Shown here: one piece after another, positions 8,701 to 18,012 of the stretch | Position numbering within the stretch: position 1 is the first letter of the stretch | How the letters are laid out: every line of letters starts with the position of its first letter | Source: a virus | Reading direction: 5' to 3' (one strand) | DNA length: 50,355 nucleotides | Virus record (IMG/VR): IMGVR_UViG_3300045988_089750 | The notes under the pieces: model-generated | Database searches by the model: none | Seen by the model: the letters and a program-made list of their open reading frames with translations, nothing else | What the model was told of the DNA's origin: nothing | Made by a program: the position numbers and the translations under genes

Positions 8701-9749
8701 TTTTCGTCTTGGAACTTGTTTATTACAAACTTATGCGTTCCATGCTCGTAGCTGTGCAGGTCAAACTCGTAGCCTGCAAGTTGCCCGCTTTCAAACTTAA
8801 TCTTCGCGTTTGTTCCTTCTATCAAATATTTTGTCGTTTTCCCGTCCGCTTCTTTCGCGTTAAGGTCAAACATCGTATTGTCTATGAAGGTAATCTTATC
8901 CGTACCCAATGCCGTAACCGTGCCTATACGTCCCGGTTTGATGTTGGTATAGTTCTTCTCGTTTTCCTTTATCCCGTAGGCGGCTATTGATTCCGCATCT
9001 TCCAAATAGGAAGTAAGGCGCGTAGTTCCGGGAAGGCATAGCTTTGTATGCCCGTAGTTCTTGCCTAAATTCTCCGTTCCGCCGTAAATGAAAAGGCGGT
9101 TTGTTATTCCGGCATTGTTCACGTTGGCGCGGCTAAGTTGGTACAGACCACGCCCGCGTCCGTACTTCAACGTGAAAGTATGCGTTATTCCCGCTTTAGC
9201 TTTTATATTTAACGTGTTGGTCTTCCCGTCGCTGGTTATCTCAAATTCTACGCCGTAGTTGGTACAGTGTTCCTGCAATGCCGCCAGACAATTCTTTTCG
9301 GTGGCTGTAAAGTTTGTGTACTTCGTATCTTTGGGATAGCTCCCCAGCTTCCAAAGTCCCGGATATACGCGGCTTATGTTATACATCAATACGTCCAAAT
9401 GCCCGCCCAAATCCGAGTAGAACGTATCGCCGTAGCAATCTTCGGGCAAATGATACTGAACGTCTATAAGGTCGTATTGCGCCCCTTCTAAGGTCAGTTC
9501 GTAGGTATAGTTCCTTTCGCCGTTCTTGGTTATTTGCGGGAGCTGGTTAAGTTTGTACTTCTTACCGTATATCAGCGTGGTATCGCCTATCATCAAATCC
9601 AAAGGCGTAGCGGTGGTTATGGTAACGCTTACCACGTCCTCGGAAAGCAAGGCGATTTTTTGTGTCGCCTTGCTTACTGCGCTTATATTCTTCTTACTGA
9701 ATAACGGTGTTCTGCTTCCGTCGGCATGATTGATAATTATTTGCGTCAT
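5724..9749 (-). CDS. Large tail fibre / tail-associated (Tal-like) host-specificity protein
   Basis: 1341 aa, located directly after the Dit-like gene. The N-terminus resembles siphovirus tail-tip proteins. It contains an internal tandem duplication of about 150 aa and a Gly/Ser-rich distal region. Confidence 0.75.
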   Translation of the reverse strand: MTQIIINHADGSRTPLFSKKNISAVSKATQKIALLSEDVVSVTITTATPLDLMIGDTTLIYGKKYKLNQLPQITKNGERNYTYELTLEGAQYDLIDVQYHLPEDCYGDTFYSDLGGHLDVLMYNISRVYPGLWKLGSYPKDTKYTNFTATEKNCLAALQEHCTNYGVEFEITSDGKTNTLNIKAKAGITHTFTLKYGRGRGLYQLSRANVNNAGITNRLFIYGGTENLGKNYGHTKLCLPGTTRLTSYLEDAESIAAYGIKENEKNYTNIKPGRIGTVTALGTDKITFIDNTMFDLNAKEADGKTTKYLIEGTNAKIKFESGQLAGYEFDLHSYEHGTHKFVINKFQDENGTVFPSETSGAFQISVGDKYSILDIQLPQEYITEAEKDLKEAGTKDFETMTQPQVSYKLALTEGFFISLWGKEVETEILHVGDFIPIEDEQIGVNKAVRITRIERDLLKRHSYDITLSDTVTKSTTVRVLNEIEDLNEVITINKLADPARARRRWLATQELLNMVFDPEGDYYSEKIKPLSIETQMLSVGAKSTQFTLQNITFQPNYGGNPNSLYVSSGTLVHYAIEPDALKLWGLSSATFTNLTSATAYYIYAKCPKNGDSGTIILSATAKTVEAEAGYYNFLVGVLNSVVTDTNGKNPGRLVSLTYGSSTINGRFIRTGRIESSGGGKCYFDLDNDEIGGVIHFVSSDGTTKNVSDLDQIANETKNYINNTLPGILNEIQAQLDGQIEQFFETYDPTLTNAPAKDWNTTALKDEHLGDLFYNTSTGKVFRFVKNGSTYSWQELQDSEVAQALALANDALKLAGTKRRIFVAQPTTPYDVGDLWVQGSTGDIMRCKTARTSGSYNSVDWVKASKYTDDTGLTNFINNNFTPTVNDLTTQIDGKIESWFQSSDPAANWTTTALKKAHVGDMWYSSSTKLLKRYTVSGSTYSWTTIEDQKAIDAYTAASKAQDTADGKRQVFVTQPKPPYDIGDLWLTGGKTDGILKRCITKRTSGSYVANDWVEAVYYDNTQTTIDGGIVTAGTVQLAGSDASIKAGITGEGTADTSVRFWAGASKGNRATAPFRVLQDGSFVATKGTITGTINANAGSIGGFAIASGRIGVAASSGDTSGSGLALLSSFIKFSDSYRWASIGTNVLPASTGLVGVGRFTNKTPNSYGTNYGLLIEASGALVNLGIVSKGAIVCDSYVADYGISKLLPSVNTCLTPGDATKPTLFKLMPRFIYSNSGIGLPRRDSICTVLGISNYTAFAVRITIICDRTSTQTGYVCGRNTFVKNSSGGNAMDSNYYPYRMNNNAGNETGKWNMAAGDIREFLLVWDGSSGYYAYLLNIRE

Positions 9750-9758
9750 AGTGGAAAA

Positions 9759-10976
9759 TTAAAGTTTCTGCCATACTACAATACCGTTAGTTTCAAAGTC
9801 TGTTATGTCTTCAATTACCCCGGCTACAATAATGTAATAAATTCCGTTATCCGTATAGGTGTGGCTAATAGCGTTCTTTCCGGTACAATCCCCGTAAACG
9901 TCGGTATCTACCGTACCGTCACCCCAATAAATATTAATCATTTTATCGGATTTGAACGCCACGCTTACCTTAGCCGAACCGCTGTTTAACCGCTGGTGTC
10001 TTACGACGCGCTTAACCGGGTCGGGTTCTTTCAGCTTCAGGGAGAAAGTACCTATCATTTTATCATCGTGCCAACGTTTGGAGGGGGCTACCCCGTCTTC
10101 GCAATAAACCTCGTAAACAAGTGGTTTAGTTGGGTGTATGGAAATCATAAGCCGCTGCGTGCCGTCCTGCCGGAAACGGTCGTACAAGGTATTAACCCGT
10201 TTAACGAAATCCATCTTACCGGAAGCCTTTAGCCAACAATTAAGCGTTATTTCGCGTTCTTGGTATCGCTTTTCGCTAAGGTCTATAACTTTCCCGTGAT
10301 AGTCCGCCCAATCAACGGAAGCCGGGGTTTTCAGTTTGGGAAGGTCAAGAACGCCCGTAGAACTTTCTACGCGTATTCCGAAATCGCGGAAGTTTTTACC
10401 GTCCAAATAATATTCAAGCTGCGCAACGGAGTTAAGTTCTTCGCCTATTTCCGCGTCGCTCAACACGACGTTGTACACTTTCACGCTGTCTAAATCGGCG
10501 TAACCGTAACCAATGCCGTAAATATCTTGTATTAACGCTATCCCGGTAAGCGTGGAAGGCAATACGATCGTTTCTATTAACTGTGTGTCTAAATATACCA
10601 AAACTCGGTTGCCGGACTTCTTTATAGCGAAGAAGCCCCAGCTATCCGGTTCTACGTCTATCCAAAAGGCGCGGTAGCCCTCCACTTGGTCGGTGTTACA
10701 GAACAATCCTATTCTTTTGCCCGTGTAGCCGTCCGGGTATTTATTGGCTTTTACCCATGCCAATATGGTAAAACTGCCGGATAAGGGCACAACGTTATAG
10801 TTTACGTCTGCATATCCTTCGCCGTCAAAGTTTATGCAGTTTCCCTGCTTGCCTGCTACAAAACTGCAATCTACTACGGTCGCGTCGTGGCGGTTCTGTG
10901 CAAAGTCGTATGCAACGGTAGAACCGTTCGCTTCGTCGAAAGGTAAGTCTAAAATTAAATTCTGTTCTAATGCCAT
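9759..10976 (-). CDS. Distal tail protein (Dit-like) with N-terminal LamG/concanavalin-like and C-terminal PKD-like modules
   Basis: The N-terminal pattern (GNCINFDGEGYADV ... SFTILAWVKA) is typical of Laminin_G_3. The central part resembles siphovirus tail family proteins. The C-terminal IYWGDGTVDTDVYGD...ISHTYTDNGIYYIIV is PKD-like. Confidence 0.65.
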   Translation of the reverse strand: MALEQNLILDLPFDEANGSTVAYDFAQNRHDATVVDCSFVAGKQGNCINFDGEGYADVNYNVVPLSGSFTILAWVKANKYPDGYTGKRIGLFCNTDQVEGYRAFWIDVEPDSWGFFAIKKSGNRVLVYLDTQLIETIVLPSTLTGIALIQDIYGIGYGYADLDSVKVYNVVLSDAEIGEELNSVAQLEYYLDGKNFRDFGIRVESSTGVLDLPKLKTPASVDWADYHGKVIDLSEKRYQEREITLNCWLKASGKMDFVKRVNTLYDRFRQDGTQRLMISIHPTKPLVYEVYCEDGVAPSKRWHDDKMIGTFSLKLKEPDPVKRVVRHQRLNSGSAKVSVAFKSDKMINIYWGDGTVDTDVYGDCTGKNAISHTYTDNGIYYIIVAGVIEDITDFETNGIVVWQKL

Positions 10977-10981
10977 AGCTG

Positions 10982-11485
10982 CTAACGTTTATCAATTACT
11001 TTTATATTCGCGTTGCCGGAAGCCCGGTTAATGCACTCCCCGCCGTGTTGGAAGACAGTAACCTTTGCCGCCCCGCTTGCTGTTATCTCCACCTTTGCCC
11101 GGTCGGTTATGTCAATGCAGACAAAGGCGTTATCTTCAACCTCTACAACCAACTTAGTATCATCTCGCGCCCATACTTGCGCCGCGCAGAACCCCGAAAA
11201 GCGGGCTTTGCCTTTCGATGTTCCGAAAGCTACGATACGGCGCATTTCTGTAACGCTGAAAGGTTCGTCAATGAACACGCCGTAATGTTCATGCAAGCCT
11301 TTGAACTCCGCACGCAGTTCCGCACTGGGAAAATCGTTGTCAAAAACGAAATCAAGCCCTTTCACAAAAAGTGTAAGAAGCCTTTCTTTTGATGTCGCCC
11401 GAAGAATGAAGCTGTACCATTCCGAGCAAATGCCCTTAGCCTGCGCTTCGGCGGCTAAAGCCCTTTTCAATTCTTCAAAACTCAT
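10982..11485 (-). CDS. Hypothetical tail-module protein
   Basis: 167-aa ORF between the tape measure gene and the Dit-like gene. No motif recognised. Confidence 0.5.
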   Translation of the reverse strand: MSFEELKRALAAEAQAKGICSEWYSFILRATSKERLLTLFVKGLDFVFDNDFPSAELRAEFKGLHEHYGVFIDEPFSVTEMRRIVAFGTSKGKARFSGFCAAQVWARDDTKLVVEVEDNAFVCIDITDRAKVEITASGAAKVTVFQHGGECINRASGNANIKVIDKR

Positions 11486-11494
11486 ATTCCGTCG

Positions 11495-14400
11495 TTAATC
11501 GGTTATGCCCTGCGAACGTAAATCATCCGTAGGGGTATTGGTAATCTTGTTTATTATGGTAAGCAGCCGCCCGCTTATCACGCCTAACGTGGTGTCCATG
11601 TTCGCAAGGTGTGTAAGCTGCTGCCGTAAAAGTTGGAGCGATGTTACTTGGTTTACTCGTACCGCGTTTGTTTGTCCTGCCAAAAGGTCTATACTTTCTT
11701 GGCTTGCGCCTTTTATCGCGCCGCTTAACGTACTGGGGTCGTCTTCGTCCAACTGTTCAAATAGGTCTTTGTACATATCCATAGCGGCGGCAAAGTTCGC
11801 CCCGGCTGCTTGTATGGCTTGTTTGAAACGCGCCTGCTCCGTTTCCGTCAATCCGTTAAAAGAGCCGTTCCCTTCTTCATCAAACCCCATATCCTTTTGA
11901 AGCTGCTTTATAGCCTTCTGTAAGGGTTGTTCCAAGAACTGCAATTTTAGGGCGTTTACGACGGCGTTTTTTATCACGTCGTTTGCTACTTCCCCGAATG
12001 CCTTAGCCGCGTTTTCCCCACCTTCAAAGGCTTCTACCAGTGCATTAGCCAATTCGTCCGCCAATTCCGTAGCCGAAGTTTGCGTAATGCTTTCGGTAAT
12101 CTCTTTTATGAGGTCTTCTATCTGCCTTCCGGCTTCGGCGTATTGTTCCCTAAATTCGTCCACTCTGCCCCAATCGGTTTTCTTCTTGCTGATTTCATCG
12201 TTTATCATGCCTTGTATCTCGTTCTGCTGGGCACGCAGATTCTGTATCATGGCATTTTGGTTCTGATAAACGGTTTCGCCCAAAGCACTATCTACGGCGT
12301 GTTCCAATGCGTTATAGGCATAGCCTAACTTTGTTACGGCTTCTTGATGTTTCTTTATGGACTTCTCGGCTTTCCGGTCGCGGGTGTTGAACAGGTCGAA
12401 GGCGGAAGAAAGGAAGCCTACCGCCCCGGACACCATTTGTACCGGGTTCATGCTTGCGTAACCTGCGGCGAACTGTCCCGCGCCTTCAAGCATTCCGCCT
12501 ATGTCACCTAAAATAGCGTCCGTTTCTTCGTCCATTGAAACGCCCATTTTCTTTATTCCGCTTACAACGCTGTCAAATGCCCCGGAAACAAGGTCTATGC
12601 TGCTTCCTATGCTTTTAAAGGATTCTTTAAAAGCCGCTGAAACGCTTTTCGTCGTGCCTTCTTCTTTTGACAATGCGGCGTTAAGTACGGCTAACTGTTC
12701 TTCGCCTTCTACGGTCAGCTTTATTGTGGCTTTCTGTTTGTTGAGTTCGGCTATCTTCCGGCGTAGGTAATCAACATAGGAAGAACCTTCGCTAAGAAGT
12801 TCTGCGAACGCTTCTTTTGCCGCGCCAGCTAATATTTCGTCACCGCTATTTATGGTGTCTGTATAGGCTTGGTACTGCTTTTTTCTTTCTTCCAAACTCT
12901 TAACAAACGGGTCGTCGCTTTCTAATAGTTTGTCGGCTTTCATGGCGGCGCGCAGTTCCGCTAAGCTGTCCTTCAAGGCGAGGAAGGGGTTACGCTCGTG
13001 TAGTTCGTCCTTCGCCTTCTCCAACTGGTCGTTAATGGCTTTCAGGTCTGCCGGGTTGAACTGTGCGGAAAGCGATACCTTCTTGCTGTTTATGTCGGTA
13101 ATCAGCTTGTTTATCGTGTTGGTCGTAAGCGTGCTTAGGTCGCTGAAAAGCTGGTTCCAGCTTTCGGAAGCCATAAGGCGGGAAGCTGCAAGTTTGCTTA
13201 ACTCGGCTTGTTCTTTCGCGTTTATTTGCGCTATCATCGCTATATTTCCCTGCTTTTCGGCTTCAACACGTTGCGCCGCGTATGTCTTCATTATCTCGGT
13301 TTGTTGCTGCTGGTACGTCTTGTATTGCTGCAAAAGCTGGTCGTATTGCTCGTTTCCGGTCAGCTTTGAATACTCCGCCCGTTTCTTTTCCAATGCGGCT
13401 AAAGCGGCTTCGGCTACTTGTTTGTCCTTGCTGGTAGTGGCTTTGGCTAACTTATCCGTAATCGCTTGTTTCTTCCATGCGTAGCTTTCTTCAAAATCCA
13501 GCTTATCGGACAAATACCCGGCGTATTCCCTTAGCAACTGTTTGGTTTCTTCCTTAGCTTGTTTTACGGTGTCTTTTTTGGCGTCATCTATAATATCCTT
13601 CTTGGCGTTATCCACGTCGGAATTATCGCCGCTAAGTTCCTTCCTTCGTTGTTCCAGCAGGTCTAAACGTGCGCCTATTGTTTGACATGCCGCTAATTCT
13701 TCTTGCAGCTTTTTGTCAAAGTCCGAAATAACCGCTTCCTTCGTGGTCTTGGCTATTTCGTTGTTAAGCGTGCTAAGGTTCTTTAGGTCGGTTGTTGTTT
13801 TGGTTGCTTTCGCCTGAATATCCGCGCGTTTCTTTTCCAGATAATCGAGGTAGCTTGTACCTTCCTTCAACAATGTGGCGAACTCGGTATTTGCTGCCTT
13901 TCTCAACGTTTCGTCTTTGCTTGTGACCCATTTCAAATAATCCGCATACTTTTCTTTTCGCTTTGTCAGCATATCTAAATATGGGTCACTTTGCTTACTG
14001 CCGTTACCGGAAGAAAGGCTTATCCGGTTTACTTCCTTCTGCTGTGCTTCTATCTGTTTTTTCAAGCTGGCGCGTTCTTTGTCAGAACCTGCCTTCTTGT
14101 ATAGTTCCTGCAACCGCGCCAACTCCTTTTCGGCTGCTTCCACGCTTCCGGCTATAATTTGCCCGGCTTGGTTGCCTATCTGCGCTAATATCTGCTTTTC
14201 CTGCTGGGTAAAGTTTACTTGCAGGTTGATAAGTTTGTTATATTCGGCTTCGGCTTTTTCTAAGGTTTCTTCGGCTTCTTTCCATGTGTCGCTTTTCTCC
14301 AATACCGTACCTTTCCGTTTTACCCCGTACCCGTCCGTATATGTGCCTTTTTTAGAAACGTATGCTTTAGGGGTTGCATCCAGCTTGTTTTGCGCTTCTA

Positions 14401-15694
14401 TTACAGCCTTATACTTTTCTATCGCAAGTTCGCTTGTAGCGGCGGCTTTAGCCCGCAACATCATCGCTTCAACAAATTTGGAACTGTTACTAACTAATAA
14501 TTCTTCGGCTTCCTTCGCGTCACGGACTGAAAAGCCTAATTCTTTGAATTTGTCGGCATTGTTCTGTACCCATTTTTCGCGTTCTTTCAGTGATCCGCTA
14601 AGGCTAATCCATTCCGTTTGCAATGCCCGGTAAGCCGCTACGGGTTTCCCGGCTGCTTCCGATACCTTCTTGTTAAATTCTTCTTGCGCTTTCTTGGCTT
14701 CCGCCTGCTTGCTTTGAAGTTTGGAAAGTGCCGCTATAATTACGGTAATAGCGACGGAAAGCCCCAAAGTTAGCGTAGCCATCAACGCTTTTGCAGCAAT
14801 GGTTGAACCTCCTAAAGCTATGGTTAGCTTGTTGGTTGCCGCCGCTAACAGTTCCTTTGCTTTCGCTACGGTCGTAAGCATAAAGGCACTATCCTTGTTT
14901 ATAGTGTTCGCTACTTGCTGCAAACCTATCGTAATGCTCATAAGGCTTTGAACCTTTAGCATTACTTTCTGCAAATTTTCGTTTTCTCCGGCGAACAACA
15001 CTACCGCGCCTTGTGCCGCACTGAACGCGCCTACTACGCCGCTAAGCCCGGAAATCATACCCTGCAATCCCCGGTTGTCATGGGAGAATATACGCGCTTG
15101 TGTCGTAGCGTCGCCTATTGCGTCGGTAAGCCGTCCGGCTTCCTGCTGCAACTTCTTGAAGGCTTCCGTTCCACGCTGTCCGTTGGCTTCCAAAAGCGCA
15201 AGTTCTTCGCGAACGTTGCGTAGCTGGGTTCTTAATGAAATCTGCGTGCTCACGTTTTTCTCGGCTGTTTCCTTCTGCTTCTTCAAAGCCTTTTCTTCTT
15301 GTAGAAGCTGGTCGGCGGAAGCCTGCGCTTCGTTAATCAGTTTTTCGCGCAGAGTTATTTCCGATTGTATGTTTTTTGCGGCTTCTATGTAACGTCGGTA
15401 GTCCGCATCTCGCGCTTCGCTGAAAGCCTTTGCAGCTTCCGAACTTAGTCGTTTGTATTCTTCCTGCAACTTGGCTAATGAAGCCTTGTTCGTATCTACA
15501 ATCCGGTCAATGTCTGCAAAGCCTTTTTCAATAGCGGCGGCTGCGTTCTCAAAGGCTCTATCTATGCCCTTTCCGCCGGAAACTGCCGCCGTGCTAAAAT
15601 TCTGTATCGCCTTCTTGCTTTCGTTAAGTACCGATAACAACTTATCGTTGCTTCCCGAAATCTCAAAGGACAAACCGCCACCTTGTATGTTCAT
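11495..15694 (-). CDS. Tail tape measure protein
   Basis: 1399 aa, Ala/Lys/Glu/Gln-rich coiled-coil with a central hydrophobic segment. It has the canonical position after the tail chaperone. Confidence 0.9.
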   Translation of the reverse strand: MNIQGGGLSFEISGSNDKLLSVLNESKKAIQNFSTAAVSGGKGIDRAFENAAAAIEKGFADIDRIVDTNKASLAKLQEEYKRLSSEAAKAFSEARDADYRRYIEAAKNIQSEITLREKLINEAQASADQLLQEEKALKKQKETAEKNVSTQISLRTQLRNVREELALLEANGQRGTEAFKKLQQEAGRLTDAIGDATTQARIFSHDNRGLQGMISGLSGVVGAFSAAQGAVVLFAGENENLQKVMLKVQSLMSITIGLQQVANTINKDSAFMLTTVAKAKELLAAATNKLTIALGGSTIAAKALMATLTLGLSVAITVIIAALSKLQSKQAEAKKAQEEFNKKVSEAAGKPVAAYRALQTEWISLSGSLKEREKWVQNNADKFKELGFSVRDAKEAEELLVSNSSKFVEAMMLRAKAAATSELAIEKYKAVIEAQNKLDATPKAYVSKKGTYTDGYGVKRKGTVLEKSDTWKEAEETLEKAEAEYNKLINLQVNFTQQEKQILAQIGNQAGQIIAGSVEAAEKELARLQELYKKAGSDKERASLKKQIEAQQKEVNRISLSSGNGSKQSDPYLDMLTKRKEKYADYLKWVTSKDETLRKAANTEFATLLKEGTSYLDYLEKKRADIQAKATKTTTDLKNLSTLNNEIAKTTKEAVISDFDKKLQEELAACQTIGARLDLLEQRRKELSGDNSDVDNAKKDIIDDAKKDTVKQAKEETKQLLREYAGYLSDKLDFEESYAWKKQAITDKLAKATTSKDKQVAEAALAALEKKRAEYSKLTGNEQYDQLLQQYKTYQQQQTEIMKTYAAQRVEAEKQGNIAMIAQINAKEQAELSKLAASRLMASESWNQLFSDLSTLTTNTINKLITDINSKKVSLSAQFNPADLKAINDQLEKAKDELHERNPFLALKDSLAELRAAMKADKLLESDDPFVKSLEERKKQYQAYTDTINSGDEILAGAAKEAFAELLSEGSSYVDYLRRKIAELNKQKATIKLTVEGEEQLAVLNAALSKEEGTTKSVSAAFKESFKSIGSSIDLVSGAFDSVVSGIKKMGVSMDEETDAILGDIGGMLEGAGQFAAGYASMNPVQMVSGAVGFLSSAFDLFNTRDRKAEKSIKKHQEAVTKLGYAYNALEHAVDSALGETVYQNQNAMIQNLRAQQNEIQGMINDEISKKKTDWGRVDEFREQYAEAGRQIEDLIKEITESITQTSATELADELANALVEAFEGGENAAKAFGEVANDVIKNAVVNALKLQFLEQPLQKAIKQLQKDMGFDEEGNGSFNGLTETEQARFKQAIQAAGANFAAAMDMYKDLFEQLDEDDPSTLSGAIKGASQESIDLLAGQTNAVRVNQVTSLQLLRQQLTHLANMDTTLGVISGRLLTIINKITNTPTDDLRSQGITD

Positions 15695-15911
15695 TATCGG
15701 TTAAGTTTATTTATTAAGTCCAATACTTCGCCCGCGTTTTCTTCGGTAAGCACTACTTCCGTCGTTCCCGGTTTCGTGTCTTCTTCCTCTGCTCCCGGTG
15801 CATCTACTATCATTCTCTGAACCGTTCCCCACGAAATCCCGTGTAGAAGGTAATCCAACGTCCAGCCGAAGTGCGCGCAAACCGACCCCCGGCGACCGTG
15901 TGGGCTTTTTA
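15694..15911 (-). other. Putative -1 frameshift extension of the tail assembly chaperone (gpGT-like)
   Basis: The -1 frame relative to 15909..16481 is open from upstream of the stop (TAA 15909..15911) to a TAA overlapping the tape-measure ATG (TAATG at about 15692..15696). It reads ...TGLKSPHGRRGSVCAHFGWTLDYLLHGISWGTVQRMIVDAPGAEEEDTKPGTTEVVLTEENAGEVLDLINKLNR. Otherwise this 215-bp stretch would be a non-coding gap. Confidence 0.55.
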
Positions 15912-16481
15912 ACCCGGTTGCTCTATAAGTTGTGTCGGGTCGCTTGTGCGCGTTGCGCTCATCAATCTTATAGAGTTTATAAAATCCCCTAAATTGCTTA
16001 CGTTGGTAATCAATATCGCGAGCGTAAGAAGTTGGGAAGGCGTTACGGTATGAAGGAAAAGGGAAGTAAGCCGGGCTAAGCGGGTTTCATTGGGCTTGCG
16101 TACCAAATAGCCACCTTTGTCCGTTACGTCGTAATAGTCTTCGCCCAATACAGCAACCGCTACTACCTGCGCAAGTTTCCGGGCTTCCTGCGCTGCCATT
16201 TTCTTTGCGGTCTTGAAATAGTCTTCGTCGCTCAATTTGGTTTCGTCTATCGACATTTGCAGCCAAAGCGCGCTAAGTCGGTCAAGCGTTGCCAGCGTAG
16301 GCTCTTGAATCCGGAATACTTTCTTTTCGGTAATCTTTTCGCGTTTACGGAAGAAGCCCAATAAGCCGGGCTTCCGGCGGGTATAGGTTACTTCAACGTC
16401 AAACGTTATACCTTCGCCTATCATCTGCCTTAATTCGCTTTGTTCGCGTTCTAAGGCTTCTAACTTATCGTTGTAATCCAT
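15909..16481 (-). CDS. Tail assembly chaperone (gpG-like)
   Basis: Located between the major tail protein and the tape measure. The start is set at ATG 16481 (MDYNDKLE) because the ORF-track start at 16514 lies inside the upstream terminator hairpin. Confidence 0.6.
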   Translation of the reverse strand: MDYNDKLEALEREQSELRQMIGEGITFDVEVTYTRRKPGLLGFFRKREKITEKKVFRIQEPTLATLDRLSALWLQMSIDETKLSDEDYFKTAKKMAAQEARKLAQVVAVAVLGEDYYDVTDKGGYLVRKPNETRLARLTSLFLHTVTPSQLLTLAILITNVSNLGDFINSIRLMSATRTSDPTQLIEQPG

Positions 16482-16487
16482 TGTCTG

Positions 16488-16529
16488 AATAAATAAAAGA
16501 AGCCCCGAAAACAAAGTAAACGGGGCTTC
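16488..16529 (-). terminator. Rho-independent terminator after the major tail protein gene
   Basis: Stem GAAGCCCCG (16499..16507) / CGGGGCTTC (16521..16529), followed on the minus strand by TTTTATTT. Confidence 0.7.
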
Positions 16530-16561
16530 CGGTTAATGAAAATGATGTTATCAATCCGGTA

Positions 16562-17086
16562 TTAAGAAGAAACGGAAGCCGTAGAAGCTGAAACTTTGCC
16601 TACCGCCATTTTCTTCAATCCCGAAGTTGTGGGTTTCATCACAGTTCCCGTAACCTCGATAAGAAGCAAGCCCTTTTTACTGAACTCGCCATTAATTTTG
16701 GCTACAAGTTTCATGCGTGGAACTTGGAATTTCAAACCTTTCTTCGGAAGGATGATAATAGATTCCTCTACGGTATTTACTGCATCGGGATAACTCCAAA
16801 TGTCGGAAGCTATTTCGCCCCCGAAAAGCCGTTTTAGTACGGGGAGGTCGGGGTTCATGATTGAGAAGGTAAAGGTTATTTTGCCTTGCTTCTCTACGGT
16901 TTCTACCGGGTCGTCTTCTTCCTCTGCGTAGAACTCGGTTACTTCCGGGTCTTCCTGTGACATCTTGCAGGTATCTTCGTATGTAAGTCCGAATGCCGTA
17001 TAGCCAGTTTCGGTAAAGTTTAAAGCCGTAGGTTCTCCCACCTTACCTAAAATTTTGGAAAGACCCAATGTTACTAATGTTGCCAT
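16562..17086 (-). CDS. Major tail protein
   Basis: 174-aa ORF in the canonical position (neck genes, then MTP, chaperone, TMP). It is followed by its own terminator, which fits a highly expressed gene. Confidence 0.65.
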   Translation of the reverse strand: MATLVTLGLSKILGKVGEPTALNFTETGYTAFGLTYEDTCKMSQEDPEVTEFYAEEEDDPVETVEKQGKITFTFSIMNPDLPVLKRLFGGEIASDIWSYPDAVNTVEESIIILPKKGLKFQVPRMKLVAKINGEFSKKGLLLIEVTGTVMKPTTSGLKKMAVGKVSASTASVSS

Positions 17087-17098
17087 ACTGATAAAAAT

Positions 17099-17515
17099 TT
17101 AATGAATATTCCAACTTATTCTAATGTTCCGATAATGCTGGTTTACTTCAAGCTCTTTTATTACGATGTCGCTCTCTATCCAATATTCGAGGTCTGCAAT
17201 GTTCTGCGCGTCCAAATAAGCTACAAGCGCGTTGCCTATGGTTCGCAGGCGTTCCCGGTCGGCTTTGCGCTGCTCTTTGTCCTTAATCCGCAGCTTCAAA
17301 TCCTTCGCGTAAATATTCACGTTGGAAGTGCCCGTTTGCGGTTTGTCGTGCGTTACCGTAATGGTATTTATCACGATGTCCTCGGCTTCGCTGTCGTCCG
17401 GTCTTTCGCCTTGTGTGAAAACGCCGCCGTTTATAACAACTTTGCCGGAAGTGACCGCTTCCGAAACAATCTTAAAAAGAATGTCGTCTGTATCTATACT
17501 GCTGCAATATTTCAT
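17099..17515 (-). CDS. Putative tail completion/terminator protein
   Basis: Called from its position between the HK97 gp10-like gene and the major tail gene. No specific motif. Confidence 0.4.
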   Translation of the reverse strand: MKYCSSIDTDDILFKIVSEAVTSGKVVINGGVFTQGERPDDSEAEDIVINTITVTHDKPQTGTSNVNIYAKDLKLRIKDKEQRKADRERLRTIGNALVAYLDAQNIADLEYWIESDIVIKELEVNQHYRNIRISWNIH

Positions 17516-18012
17516 TTGAACGCGTCTTTAATGTTGGTAACTAAATCTGCAAGTTCCTTAGCTATGGCTTTTTCGGCTTGTTTCTCGGCGGAAGTAAGAA
17601 CATCGCGCCCCTTGCTTTCCACGTGAACGGCGTAGTTCATTCCGGCTACTACAACCAGCGTATAACCGTCGGTATAGTTTTCGCCGATCTGCTGGGCTAA
17701 ACGTTGTCCTTCGTGTACTCCGACGTGACCGCCCTTTACCGCTTCAAAGGCTATATTAACGGGCTTGCCGTCTTTGAAGACTACGTAGCCAATCGAAGAC
17801 CGTAAATTTCCGGTACGGTCTGTAAAACCGCGTTCCGGGGGTATGGTCTTCGCCATGCTTACGGCTTCTTCCCCTATACGGCAAAGGCTTTCTATTATCT
17901 GCCTTTCCACTTCAAGAAGGAAGGCTTTAAACATGCCGTCTATATCTCCCGTGAATTTCGCTTCTAAACCCATAACCTGCAATGCAAACGCCCTTTGTCG
18001 AATTTCAAGCAA
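17512..18012 (-). CDS. HK97 gp10-family head-tail joining protein
   Basis: DRTGNLRSSIGY resembles the TGNLRRSI motif of the HK97 gp10 family. It lies in the neck module. Confidence 0.6.
   Translation of the reverse strand: MLEIRQRAFALQVMGLEAKFTGDIDGMFKAFLLEVERQIIESLCRIGEEAVSMAKTIPPERGFTDRTGNLRSSIGYVVFKDGKPVNIAFEAVKGGHVGVHEGQRLAQQIGENYTDGYTLVVVAGMNYAVHVESKGRDVLTSAEKQAEKAIAKELADLVTNIKDAFK

Noticed and set aside
12930-14633. Long plus-strand ORFs (184 aa each) antisense to the tape measure gene
   Set aside because: Ser/Ala/Phe-rich low-complexity translations are typical of the reverse strand of an Ala/Lys/Glu-rich coiled-coil gene. They are fully nested in a 1399-aa gene with clear function.
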